DNA from: Mobula hypostoma
Lineage: Eukaryota
DNA length: 64,000 nt
NCBI RefSeq assembly: GCF_963921235.1
Contig: NC_086108.1
Coordinates: 23,188,001-23,252,000 of the forward strand
Direction of reading: 5' to 3'
A program made the translations under genes and the position numbers. The notes under the pieces are model-generated. The model made no database searches and was not told the origin of the DNA. It was given only the letters and a program-made list of their open reading frames with translations. Within the stretch, counting starts at the first letter, position 1. Each line of letters begins with the position of its first letter. Positions 52,364 to 64,000 of this stretch are shown one piece after another.

Positions 52364-53720
52364 TGAGGACGTATAGAGCAGTTCAACACTTGCAGGCATC
52401 AATAAAAGTATGAAGTTTTTTTTTACTTTTGCGTGGGTGACAATGCCAGCATTTTGTTTTTCTGTGACTTTATGTCGTACTTCCATCCAGTGTTCTATTC
52501 TTTTGAGTCAGTGTCTCACGTTTTGTGCGTTGGAGCTTCCCCAGGGTCACTCGGAAGCTGCCTGATTATTAATATGACCCTCACCTTGTTGCTGGGTTCT
52601 TCATAGAGGGCTTGATTCAGGGCCTGATATTACCCCACATTCTTGTCGCAACTTTCTCCTGTACTGACATAGGACATGGCTTTAAATCAAAAGTGTGATT
52701 CTCACCTGTGTTTGAAGGGACTAAAGACAATTGTCAGAGTCCGATGGTCAATGTGTCCAAGGACATTTGGGAATTCAGCCATTCGATCTTTCCAAACTTC
52801 TGTGGCTCAGCATCAGACCTAACCTGTCAAAATGCTTCTTGGCATTCTGATCAAAGGTACGTCATTAAAATTGATCTGATTTATCATATTTATTACTTAC
52901 TTTGAACTTGGCTTGTGCACTCATCCTCCACATACTTTTTGTCATAAAGTTGGCTGATTATCTCACTGAGAGTTCCAGTTAATCTGAATTTGCCTCTTGA
53001 AATGTCTTAAAGAGTCATCATATACTTGTCACCAAGCTAGAGAAATAAGGAGAGAGAGCTGCCCACTCCTACTGTTAACCTCTCTGTCCATCTGATTAAT
53101 TCAGTTCTTGGAATTGGCACAGGCCTCTGGATGAGCTGTGAGCTTGGTTTGTTGCCCAAATTATTAAGTAATTGGGACACCTAGAAAATCTTTGATACCC
53201 TTAGTAGAACAATAGTCCAACAAAATATTGAGTATACAGGTGGCCAGGTGGTACTGAAAAGTGAACAGGATCCATTCTTGATTTTTGTGGTGCTCTGTGT
53301 CTGGGAACACCATTTTTAGACTATACAATTCACACTTAGGGCAGTTTCAAGTGGGGAGCAGGTCCCAGGGAGTGTGATCAGATATTAGCAGCAGAAAGAT
53401 CAACCATCACTCCATTTATGTTGCAATTAGTGTAATGACTTCCTGGCGAAAACTCATTTGGCACAGCTTCATCTTCTGATGCGATGATGTCACATCCACC
53501 ACTTTGTTGCCCCGATGAATTACTGATGCTGGAATTAATACCCTAATCATAATTAAACTTGGCCTCTCCCAAACCTTCTGAAGCCACATGGTCTATCCTC
53601 TCCTTTGAACCCTTCTGCCAATTACAGCCTCTGGACTGAGAATCAGTAACCTGGCATTCCCTTGGAGTGAACCTGCTATCTTCTAATACTGGGCAGCAAA
53701 GTACTTCCATCTCTGTCACT

Positions 53721-53907
53721 AACAGGAGAAAATCTGCAGTTGCTGCAAATCCAAGCAACACACACAAAGTGCTGGAGGAACTCAGCAGGCCAGGCAGCAA
53801 TTACAGAAAGAAGTACTGCCGAAGGGTCTCGGTCCAAAACGTCGACTATTCTTTTTGCCATAGTTGTTGCCTGGCTGCTGAGTTCCTCCTACATTTTGTG
53901 CGTGTTG
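53721..53907. mobile_element. 187-bp Penelope-derived fold-back element with 14-bp TSD
   Basis: Inverted arms caacacacacaaagtgctggaggaactcagcag / ctgctgagttcctcctacattttgtgcgtgttg. Flanks are CCATCTCTGTCACT (53707-53720) and CCATCTCCATCACT (53908-53921). Confidence 0.85.
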
Positions 53908-54099
53908 CCATCTCCATCACTTTTTTTTTAAGTATACTTACTGATGCCATTTTATTCCTGTTTTGTGACATTGGCCTTGCAAGTTCACAGGTCATCATTT
54001 CTTATGGTAAGATGAGTCAGAAACCCTGAATTTTATTTTCTGTTTTACATCTCCTCTATTTCAGTTATTTTTTTTTCATTTCAGTTTACAAAAAAAAAA

Positions 54100-55660
54100 A
54101 TTCCAATTTAGGATGATATATGACTTGCAGTGGAAATGTAGGTGGTGGCATTCCATGTGACCACTTTAAAAGCAGACTGACTTGTCCCGGATGGTGTTGC
54201 TGGGACTAAAGCTATCCAGGCAAATGGAGAGTATTCCATCATGGTCCTGACTTATGCCTTATGGATAGTCGAAAGTCTTTGGGATGCATAAATCAAGTTA
54301 CTTGCACCCTGTCTTGGACCTGCTATTGTAAACAGAATATTTATGTGATTCAGAATGTTGATGGTGGAGGACTCAATGATGATAATGGCATTCACTGGAA
54401 AGAGCAGGTGATGGCTCTTGTTGTACATGAGCAGTGTCCTATGCTTTTGTGGCAGATATATTACTTGCTACTTCATGGCTGAAGCCAATACCTGAATGTT
54501 GATTTTGTTTACTACATGCAGACATGGACTGCTTCATTTGTTGAGGGGTTGCAAGTAGAACTGAATATTGTGCAGTTATCAGTAAACATACCCTTCTCCA
54601 TTTTCAATGGATAGAAGCTCATTGATGTGGAAGCTAGAGATATTTGGGTTCTGGGCCTGAGGAACTCTTGCAGTAATGCCTTGCAGATGGGATGACTGAC
54701 CTTCAAAATCTGTGCTGCCTTCTTATTGTGACAAAGGTGATTCGAGCTAGGTGATATCAGATGTGAGGAATCAGATTGGTTGAAAATCAGCATCTGGTGC
54801 TGATCACCCAGTTAACGATTCTTGCTAACATGGTTTCAGATGTTTATATAAGACCATAAGATACAGGAACATAATTAGGCCATTTGGTCCATTCCATCAA
54901 GATTGATTTATTATCCCTCTCAACCCCATTCTTCTGCCTTCTAATTGTAATCTTTTACACCCTTGCTAATCAATAACCTATCAACCTCCGCTTTAAATAT
55001 ACCCAATAACTTGGTCCCCTCAGCTCTCTGTGGCAACAAATTCCACTTCCACATCCACTACTCCCCGGCTAAAGAAATTCCTCCTCATCTCTGTTCTAAG
55101 TGGATGCCCTTCTATCCAAATTTCTCTAAAATGTTGAAATCAAACCCGCATCCACCACTTCCGCTGGCCACTTGTTGCACACTCACCATCCTTTAACTGA
55201 AGAAGTTCCCTCTCATGTTCCCTTTAATTGTTTCACCTTTCACCCCAACCCATTACCTCTAGTTCTTGTCTCATCTAAACTTGGTGGAAAAAGCCTCCTT
55301 ACATTTACCCTATTTATGCCCTCATAATTTTTTATATGTCAATCAAATCTCCCCTCATTTTCCTATGCTCTGAGGAATAAAGTCCTAACCTGTTCAAACT
55401 TTCACTATAACTTAGGTCTTCAAGTCCTGACAACATCCTTGTAATTTTTCTCTGTACTCTGTCAATCTTATTCATATCTTTCCTGTGACCACATCTGCAC
55501 ACAATACTCCAAATTAGGCCTCACCAATGCCTCAACATGACATCCCAACTCCTGTACTCAATACTTTGATTTTTGAAGGCCAATGTGCCAACAGCTTTTT
55601 TTATGATTCTATCTACCTGTGACCCCACTTTTAAGGAAATATGGATCTTCAGAACTAAGC
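54100..55660 (-). mobile_element. Cluster of decayed CR1/L2-like LINE fragments
   Basis: MFTDNCTIFSS (FADD-like) at about 54560. CR1 tail cataagatacaggaac at 54855. RIIKKAVGTLAFKNQSIEYRSWDVML at about 55530-55620. Confidence 0.65.
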
Positions 55661-56764
55661 GATCTCTGCATATGGTGGAGCCACCAAACTGCTCTTGGTG
55701 GTGGATGCTTTGCTCCAGCTTTATTAGGCCAGTAGTGATGGTAAGCACATTGCTGTGGGACTGGATTTTATGCAGGCTGCACTGCGTAAGGATGATAGAT
55801 TTCCTTTTGTAAAGGGACATTAGTGAGTTAGATATTTCGATCAGCAGTACCAAAATTATTCTTTTAAGACTTCATACAACTAATAGCATTTGAATTGTAC
55901 ATTTGCCATGCTGAGATTTATTAAACGCTCTTTTCATTTTTAGTCTGGTAATTTAACTGCTGTACTACCACCATCACAGTAAGGATGCACTTTTACAGAC
56001 CTTGGACAGATGAAGTCTAGCTATGATTTTGATAGCATGCCAATAACTGCATAAAGAAATAAATACAATTTTTTTCCTCTCCTCTGTAACATTCCCCATT
56101 TCGTAACCAGAACGTTCATTTTGAATGAGTACCAGCCAAGCAATAATTTTCCCTGTAAGCTTTCAAGTCAATATTCTGGATGTGGTCTCACTACATTGAT
56201 ATTGGATTTAAAATTCTCCTGTATCTATACATTCTGGCATCTTTTTAAGCTGAATTTTGAGAAGCACCAAGATTTTGTTTTAGAAGGGAAAACTCTTTCC
56301 ATCTCAAAATAATTCTGGAGGATCCAGCAAAATAAAACCTTTTTTATCTTTGCCCTGAAGTATATATTGCAAATCTGAGCAATTACACTGGGAGTAATCA
56401 TTACATAAAGAGTACATTTACAATTATATTTACACTGGGCATAATCATTACATAGAGTACACTGCAAATAACCACTATCCTGCTGAATAAGTAGAAACTC
56501 CACATAGTTGTGCAAAGTGAATGACCCTTATACTGCTTAATTAACCAGAACTCTACACACTTGGTAAATGAGCAGGTGTTTCCTCACTGAATAAACAGGA
56601 AATGCACAGGATTAGTGATTAATTCCTTAACCATCTACACAGTTTGAGACGCACATTTCCATGTCTGTACACTGTGAGCAACACTTACTCTGATAAATAG
56701 TTGTTTGGATTCTTGACACCAAAATGCATGACTACTGTTAAAAACTTTTCAGACTGAGCAGTAT

Positions 56765-57110
56765 GTCTCCTCCCCCTTCCCTTTCTTCCATGGCCTTCTG
56801 TTCTCTCCTTATCAGATTCCCCCTTTTCCAGCCCTTTATCCCTTTCACCAATCAACTTCCCAACTCTTTAATTCACCCCTCCCCTTCTCCTGTTTTCACC
56901 TATCACCTACTACCTTGTGTTTCTTCCTCCCCTCTCCTCACCTCCTTACTTTTGACTTCTCATCTTTTCTTCTCCAGTCCTGATGAAAGGCCTTGGCCTG
57001 AAACATCCATGTTTATTATTAACCATAGCTGCTGCCTGGCTCGCTGAGTTCCTTCAGCATTTTGTGTGTGTTGTTTGGATTTCCAGTATCTGCTGATTTT
57101 CTCTCGTTTG
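56765..57110 (+). mobile_element. Penelope-like 3' UTR with decayed hammerhead
   Basis: agtcCTGATGAaaggccttggcctGAAAcatc at 56976-57007, followed by the shared terminus ...ttccagtatctgctgattttctc. Confidence 0.85.
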
Positions 57111-57269
57111 GTATGTGCAGTGTGCTTTTTAAGGTATAGCAAAGGGAAACACGACAGTCGAGATAGTGGAGTATGTTGTCTCCTCTCGGTGGCGCCCTAT
57201 AAATGGGCTAATTTATTCACATTTGAAATACTTTGTTAATAATTGAAATAATTATGCACTCTTTTGTAG

Positions 57270-57630
57270 GAATAGTGATGTCGTAGTTAACTTAGTGGAC
57301 TAGCAGCCAGTGCTCTGCACCATTAATCTAGACATGTGATTTAAAATACTACTATGGCAACGGGGGAATTTAAATTGAATACAGTACATCTCGAAAGTAG
57401 AAAGAAAACCTGAGCTAGAATGATAACCATACAGTTACTGGATTATTGTAAAAAGCCCATGCTTTAATGTCCTTCAGGGAAAGAAGTCTGCTGCCCTTTC
57501 CAAATCTGGCATATATGTGACTCCAGTCCCACCAATGGGGTTGACTCAAACCGTCCCCACTGTTCAGTCGCAAATAGGGGTGGACAATAAATAATTCCCA
57601 GAAAAATCCAAATCCCATATGAAAATGAGT
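57270..57630 (+). mobile_element. Old SINE-like interspersed repeat (second copy on the minus strand at about 55670-55975)
   Basis: taatgtccttcagggaaagaagtctg...gtgactccagtcccacc matches the reverse complement of gtgggactggat...gatttccttttgtaaagggacattag. Confidence 0.6.
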
Positions 57631-58040
57631 CCATTAATTTGTGTCCAAATCCCAAATGGCTCGTCTTTAAATGGAAAATCCAGGTGATTACTGAGGGTCA
57701 CCCTTTCTAAATGTGAATATATTTCTGGTCAGCCAACTGATACAGAAATCCATCAGTTCAACAGCCGTAAAGTGTTGAGAAATTCATGCAGATAGCTGTT
57801 GTTTTGTGATTTCTCCCCACTCCAACTTGCGCAATTTCAGAGAGCATTGTTATATTTAGAAGAGGAAAGCTTTATGGTTTTCTAGGTGGAGTTTAACCAG
57901 TTCAAAAATGGAGAGTGAATTAGGCACTGAAAATGATCCTATTTCTTGTTCAGGAAGGAGCATGTTGTGTCTGGTGTGTTATCTGAGAGGATTACATGGA
58001 GTTGATTATTGGAATTCCAGATCCTCTGTAGTTACTTTCC

Positions 58041-58113
58041 CAGGCACCATACCTCACGTTACATTAAAGAGAAGACAGGCCCCATACCTCATGTTACATT
58101 AAAGAGAAGACAG
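58041..58113. repeat. 35-bp tandem duplication
   Basis: caggcaccatacctcacgttacattaaagagaaga / caggccccatacctcatgttacattaaagagaaga (2 mismatches). Confidence 0.9.
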
Positions 58114-58147
58114 CTAAATGGACAAGAGAACCCTGAAATATTGTTGC

Positions 58148-58425
58148 CCCAGTGGTAGAGGCTGCCTGACAATTGCAGTAGTTCAGGTTTAGACCTGATC
58201 TTGGGTTCTATCTGTGTGGAATTTATATGTTCTCCCTGTGATGTGAGAGTTTCTCCTGAACTTTTTGGTTTCTTCCACGTCCCAAAAATGTGAGGGGTTG
58301 GTGGGTTAGTTGGCCATCATAAATTACCCTAAAAGCACAAGTGTGTGGCGAATGTGGAGAGGGTGTAAATAGTGCATTGGGCTGGTATAAACACAATGGG
58401 ATGAAATGGCTTCCTCCAATATCAT
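58148..58425 (+). mobile_element. HE1/V-SINE-like SINE
   Basis: cagtggtagaggctgcctgac...caggtttagacctgatcttgggttctatctgtgtggaattt. Confidence 0.7.
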
Positions 58426-58785
58426 AAGGTTGCTAAGTTTGTGTCAGAGGGCTGAAATGTTTCTAAGTTCTATTGCCATTATGACCCGACCTGTCCTTTC
58501 AGCTTAAACATGCAGTGTCCTCTGAAATGCATTAACTTCACCATTGTGCTTGCTCTGTGTAACCCAATGTGAGTGGCACTGGGGGTGAATGTGTGAGCTG
58601 GCAGCTGACTTCTAGATACTACCCTCGACTGTCTGTCCTCCCTGTCCATTCATAGGTTGTCACTTCCATCATGGATGGCAGCTGATGTTTTGCCACCCAG
58701 ACTGCGGATTTCCAAGCATACAAGGTTGGCCACCATTTACTCCTTAAACAATATTCTCATGTCAGGGCTGTTGGCAAAGAGATGC

Positions 58786-59990
58786 TCCTTTGCACCTCTG
58801 ATTTTTGACATTTTTCCCCATTTAGAAAATAGTCTATACCTTTATTCTTTCTACTAAAATGCACAACCATACGTTTGCCTACAGAATATTCAATCTGCCA
58901 CTTCTTTGCCCATTTTCCCAATCTGTTTAAGTTTTTTTGCAGTCTCCCTACTTCCTCAAGACAACAGCATTGTCTGCAAACTTGGCCAGAAAGACATCAA
59001 TTCTGTCATTCAAATCATTGACATGTAACATGAAAAGAAGTGGTCCCAACATCAAGCCCTGCACAACACCACTGGTCATCGGTAGCCAACTAGAAAAGCT
59101 CTCTTTATTCCCTCTTTTTTGCTTTGCTCCTCTGCACTGGCTGTCTATTCTCTTTCCCTCTCCTGACACCTGCAATTTAGGGATGGCTACCTCCCTTTAG
59201 CTCCTGTCTATCACCTTCTCATTCTCCCATATGAGCCAAGGGTCAACGAATTGGGACTCTAGGTCCTTAACACGGTCCCTGAGGAACTGCAGTTTGACGC
59301 ACTTCGTGCAGCTGTAGTTAAAGGTTGAATCGGTGGGAAGTAAGGCAAATGAAGTGTTACTATTCATTTCAAGAGGACTAGAATATAAAACCACGTATTT
59401 AATGCTGAAGCTTTATAAGGCATTGGTCAGATCACACTTGGAGAAGTGTGAGCAGCTTTAGGCCCTTTATCTATGAAAGCATGTGCTTTCATTGGAGAGT
59501 GTCCAGAGAAGGTTCACAAGAAAGATTCCAGGAATGAAAGGGAACATATGAGGGGTGTTTGATGGCTCTGGGCCTGTACTCACTGGAGTTTAGAAAAATG
59601 AGGGAGGATCTCACTGAAACGTATTGAATATTGAAAGATGTGGATAGTGTGCATGTAGGGAAGATGGTTCCTATAGTGGGTGACTCTAGGATAAAGAGGG
59701 CACGGACTCAGAATGCAGAGATGTCCATTTGGAACAGAGATGAGAAGGAATTTTTTTAGCCAAGGGATAGTAAATCTGTGGGATTCATTGCCACAGATGG
59801 CTTTTGGGGGCCAAGTTATTGTCTATTTAAAGCGGATGTTGATAAGTTCTCGATTAGCCATGACATCAAAGGTTATGGGAAGAAGGCAGGAGAATGGGAT
59901 TGAAAGGGATAATAAATCAGCCATGATAGAATGATGGAGCAAACTTGATGGGCTGAATGGCCTGATTTTGCTCCTAGAGCATGGTTTTAT
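58786..59990 (+). mobile_element. CR1 LINE with inverted 5' segment (58786-59320 minus, 59321-59990 plus)
   Basis: Minus part: RT (VVQGLMLGPLLF, KFADN) and ORF1 (CTKCVKLQFLRDRVKDLE). Plus part: RT C-terminus and 3' tail. Confidence 0.8.
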
Positions 59991-61394
59991 ATTTATATTA
60001 TAAGGATGAATAACCCTCCTGGGCACTGAATAAAAAGACACAACTATCCAAGGGTGAAGCTGATGGGAAAGAATGAGAATTCTTTTCAAAGATTTCTTCA
60101 GTGTAGTGAAGATTGTTGTCTAAATTATATTATGACTTAAACTGGCAGAACAAGCCCATTTTTTTTCAAATTAATGATTTTTAAACTGATTTTACAATCA
60201 TTTTCTCAATAATTATGTAAAGCTGGTGTTCTGTCTGTGATTAGATAAGCTGATGTTGTGGAATTTATTCCATGCTATCAATCCCTACTAATCCACGTAG
60301 AGGCCCCAAGGGGAGTAGAGATTTGGTTTGGACAGGCTTTGTTTATAATAGCAATGTCTGCGACGTCGAGAATGTTCAATGTTGCCTCTCTCTGTTACTC
60401 ATTTTGACATTGCAGCAACATTAATGTAGTTTGTGATAAGTGCCTTCGGATGATATCATGGGTTCTTGCAATAATTATTTATGTATTTATTTTAAAAGTG
60501 GAGTTGTATAAAATCCACAAGGTTACATGATAAAGGAGGTCCAAGAACTGCAGCTTCTGTTTAGTTTTCCTCTGTCACGGCAAAATCCATTACCACACAC
60601 AGTTTCTGAAGATGCATACTGAAGATGAGAAGGTTGATTGTAGTGCAGGCAGAAGAGTGAAAAGAGTTTGTTGTTAGAGTGAAGGATGTGGATTATCGGA
60701 TGGTGCCTAATGCATGAGGCAGGCAATCAGAAAATGGCAGAGGGAACTAGCTGACTGGGGAGAAGAAATGCAGGCAAAGTTGATCTTTTTTAGAGGTTCA
60801 GTGGTGAAGGGTTACTGTGAATGAGAGTGAAAGTAATCTATTGTTGGAACATGAGGGAATATGTTGGTTGTTGGTAGTGCAGTGATGGGTGAGAGTGAAT
60901 TAGATGGGTTGGAAGAAATAAAGGCTGAAATATTTTGATGCAATGTGAATGATATAAAATGTTTACTGCTCCTTTCTCCACAATGCTGTTTAACCTACTG
61001 AGTATCTCAATAATTTCTATCTTTACTCCAAATTTTTTGAGAGTCAATTTTATTTTGCAATAAATTTGGAAGGAAGCTGAGCAAATCACACATGGGGTGC
61101 AGGACTAGATAATATATGGCCAGTGTGTATTTACTTGCTTATACTATATTGGTGAATAATTATACATTTAGAAGATGCAGTATTATAGCACTGGAATCTA
61201 TTCTGACAGTGATGTGTATGAGTGAATTCAGGTAATAGTGTAGCCTAGTGTTTAGTGATCTGTATTTCAGATCACATAAATTTACATCATAGTAGATGGC
61301 TACTTGGTCCATTGTGCCCATACTGGCTGAAGAAGAACTGTCCAACATAATCCACTTATATATATTTATAGCACATCAAGTGTATATCCAAATA

Positions 61395-61830
61395 CTTAGA
61401 CAGGTCCATGCTCAAAGAATCAGCAGTCAACATAGATGAGTATGCCAGCACTGTCACGGACTTCGTCAGCAACGCGTACCGAGGACGACAATTGAAGTCT
61501 AGGACTGTGGCATTCAAATCAGCTGATGTTGATCTTTACAAGAAATTGAGATGTGACCTCTGTGACCTATTAGGGATGCCAAGAGACGATACATACAAAA
61601 TTGAGTTACCGTTGTGGATGTAAGATTAGTCTTCAAGAGAATGAACTCAGGGAAAGCATCTGGCCCGGATGGTGTTCCTGGCTGTGTCGGATCTTGCACA
61701 GATCATTTGGCAGGGGTATTTGCAGACATTTTTAACCTTTGAGGTTTAATCTGTGTTTTCCAACTCCTTCAAGAAGCACTATCATTCTAGTAAGAAAAAC
61801 AAGGTAGCATTCAATTAATGATCACCACAC
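61395..61830 (+). mobile_element. Heavily deleted Rex-type LINE fragment
   Basis: ggaaagcatctggcccggatggtgttcctggc (KASGPDGVPG)...gtatttgcagacatttttaacc (VFADIFN). Confidence 0.7.
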
Positions 61831-62299
61831 CCACTGTATGCCTTACCCATTTCCAGCAGTCTATCCAGATTCTCTCTCCTTTTGTTCAGCTTTTCCACCC
61901 TTCTTCCCCTCACCATCTGGACTTACTATCTTCTTCCATTTAATTCCTTCCACCCATCACCCACAAATCCATCCACCTGGGTTTCTTCTGCCTTGGTTCA
62001 CCTTTCCTATCCCTGCACCCCTATCTGGCTCCATCTGCTCATTTTCCCTTGTTATCATTCTCCACCTGTCACCTACCAGCCTCTATCTCACCCGCACTCT
62101 CTCACTTCTGGCAGCATTTCTAAAATCCATAGCCTGTACCATTAACAAGCACATAGGAAAATACTGGAAATAGCAGCTCAGGTAGCATTTGTGGGAGGGA
62201 AATAAAATCAATATTTTAGATTCTTGAGATCATCAATCTGAGACATAACTCCGTTTCTTTGTTTCTTTACCCATGGATAATGCTGATCTGCAGAGTAGG

Positions 62300-62800
62300 G
62301 TTTATATTTATTTTTGGTGTTATAAGGGATTAGATTCAAAGGATAGATAAGTTATTATTAAATTGTTCTAGCCATTAACACAACTACATTTTGGAGTACT
62401 ATCATTTGGTCATCTTACCAGTAGACGATACATTGGCCTTGAAGATATTGTAACAAAATATATGAGTTAATTCCTAAGATGAGGAAAAATTAAGCAAGAT
62501 TGTCCTCTGTTTACTGAATTTGGAAGAGTCAGAGGTGGTCAGAATGAGGCATACAGGATGCTGAGAGAGATTGAAAGAATAGATCTTGAGAAATTCCCTT
62601 CGAGAAATGAGAAATGCTACCTTAAGAGTAAGGTTTGGCCATTTTGGGCTGAGATGGGGAGAAAATTCAGAATATTTTAAATGTTTAGAGCTCTAATTCT
62701 AAGTGAGAAATCACCACTTTGTGGAGTTTATTCAAGGCTCTGTCAGAATTTTGACAGGTTATGGTGACTAAGCAGGAAAATGGAGTTATAGTACAGGATC
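62300..62800 (+). mobile_element. Very old CR1 3' remnant (another CR1 tail on the minus strand at about 63680-64000)
   Basis: catttggagtac...cattggccttgaag...ttttgggctgagatggggagaaaattc resembles the CR1 ORF2 end. Confidence 0.5.
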
Positions 62801-64000
62801 ATCTATCTTCTAACTAAATACCTGTAAGCAAATGAATCTTTAGGTGGCATATGGTAACATATACAGTACATACATTGATAATAAATGTTATTTTGGACTT
62901 TGAAATGATGAACCAGCCTTAAGGGACATTACAGTCTTCTCTATGGTTTCCTTTGTCTGTTTACCTTTCGTTACAATTCTCACTTACGATAATACAATTT
63001 CTTCCTTGATGCTCACTAATATCACTGTTTTCTTTTTCAAGGTTCTCTATCCTTTTCCTGTAGTCCTTCTCAGTTCTTAAGTTTCATTCTTCATCCCAAC
63101 CACTTTGGAGCCATATCAAATCCACTATGCTGCAATTCATTCTGTTTGCTCTTTATATCCAGTGCATCTATTTACAAATGTTTATTTGGACTGCACACTC
63201 TTATTTCCCTCTATTCTCCAAAGTTGTTGTCCTCTGACATTTCCCATGTCTCTTTACTAATTGAATCATCGATGCTGCCCATCTTAGAATTTCTTACAAT
63301 GACATTTTTTTCTTCTTTTCAATTGTTACAGAATTATCATTTTTTATAATTTTCCTCTTTTTTTAATTATGGACTAGTTTAAAAACCTTAAGATTGCCAT
63401 ATTTATACTTTGCCATTCTAATTCCAGTTTTCCTCATGGTGAAACCCATCAAAATGGTACAATTCATTTGCCAACACTGTCGCTCACCAGTAGAACACTT
63501 TGTTCCTCATGTTGTGTATTCACTTCTTTTACCGATATATCATTATTCAAATTTGCATGGTGCAGGTTATAAATTATAACTTTTGAGGTTCTCCTTTTGT
63601 TAAATTTAGTCGTAGCTCTTAACCTCTGAACAGAAAACCTGGCTACAAATGTGGTTGGCTTGAAGATGGGGAGATGCGGAAAGGGGGCAGAAGCAGATTA
63701 TGTGGCTACTCAAGCCTGCTCCCCATAATGCAAAGTAATAGCTCATTTAAGCATAGCTTCAACTCCACACTCTGACTTGTTTCCCCAGCCCTTCACTCTC
63801 CTAATGACTTGTCACAGTTCCTCCTTGCCTTGAGTATATCAATGGAGACAATCTATACAACTGTTTTGAATTGAGAATTCCAAAGACTTACAACCTTTTC
63901 TGAGAGGAAATTTTTCTCCATCTTAGTCTTAAATGGGTGTTCACTTATACTGACCTATGCGGCCCAGTTCTTGGCTTTACATAAGGAAATCTTCTCTTAA

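Noticed and set aside
56976..57010. Active hammerhead
   Set aside because: Core and stem II are present, but stem III (ACAU) is no longer palindromic and the 3' strand of stem I does not pair. Kept only as a decayed copy.
60520..60625. Possible next pappa2 exon (GYMIKEVQELQL, loosely like AYMSVKELKEALQL)
   Set aside because: No polypyrimidine tract, the expected downstream WPW motif is absent, and it hits a stop.
3000..64000. The many 60-120 aa ORFs not listed as features
   Set aside because: No recognisable domains or splice context. They are chance ORFs or antisense frames of transposon remnants.

Overview
This is eukaryotic vertebrate DNA, not prokaryotic. The repeat families (HE1/V-SINE-like, HER1/CR1-like LINEs, Deu-type SINEs) point to a cartilaginous fish, probably a ray (inference). 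The only host coding sequence I can support is one 1063-bp internal exon of pappalysin-2 (pappa2, + strand, 40278-41340), encoding the LamG-like domain, the start of the protease domain and LNR1-2. No neighbouring exon is visible, so the rest is most likely pappa2 intron. It is packed with CR1, Rex1/Babar, L1/Tx1 and Penelope-like retroelements, SINEs, hAT-Charlie, Tigger and Tc1 remnants, and a 2.6-kb 33-bp minisatellite. Most notable: (1) a Penelope-like element with a near-intact minimal type I hammerhead ribozyme at its 3' end; (2) that element fused to a Rex-type LINE fragment inside one perfect 14-bp target-site duplication (TSD); (3) many short fold-back insertions built from the same hammerhead-bearing terminus, one with its own 14-bp TSD and one with hammerhead cores on both strands; (4) a CR1 copy with twin-priming-like 5' inversion geometry. 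Family names come from recalled motifs, not database searches. Boundaries of decayed repeats are approximate.
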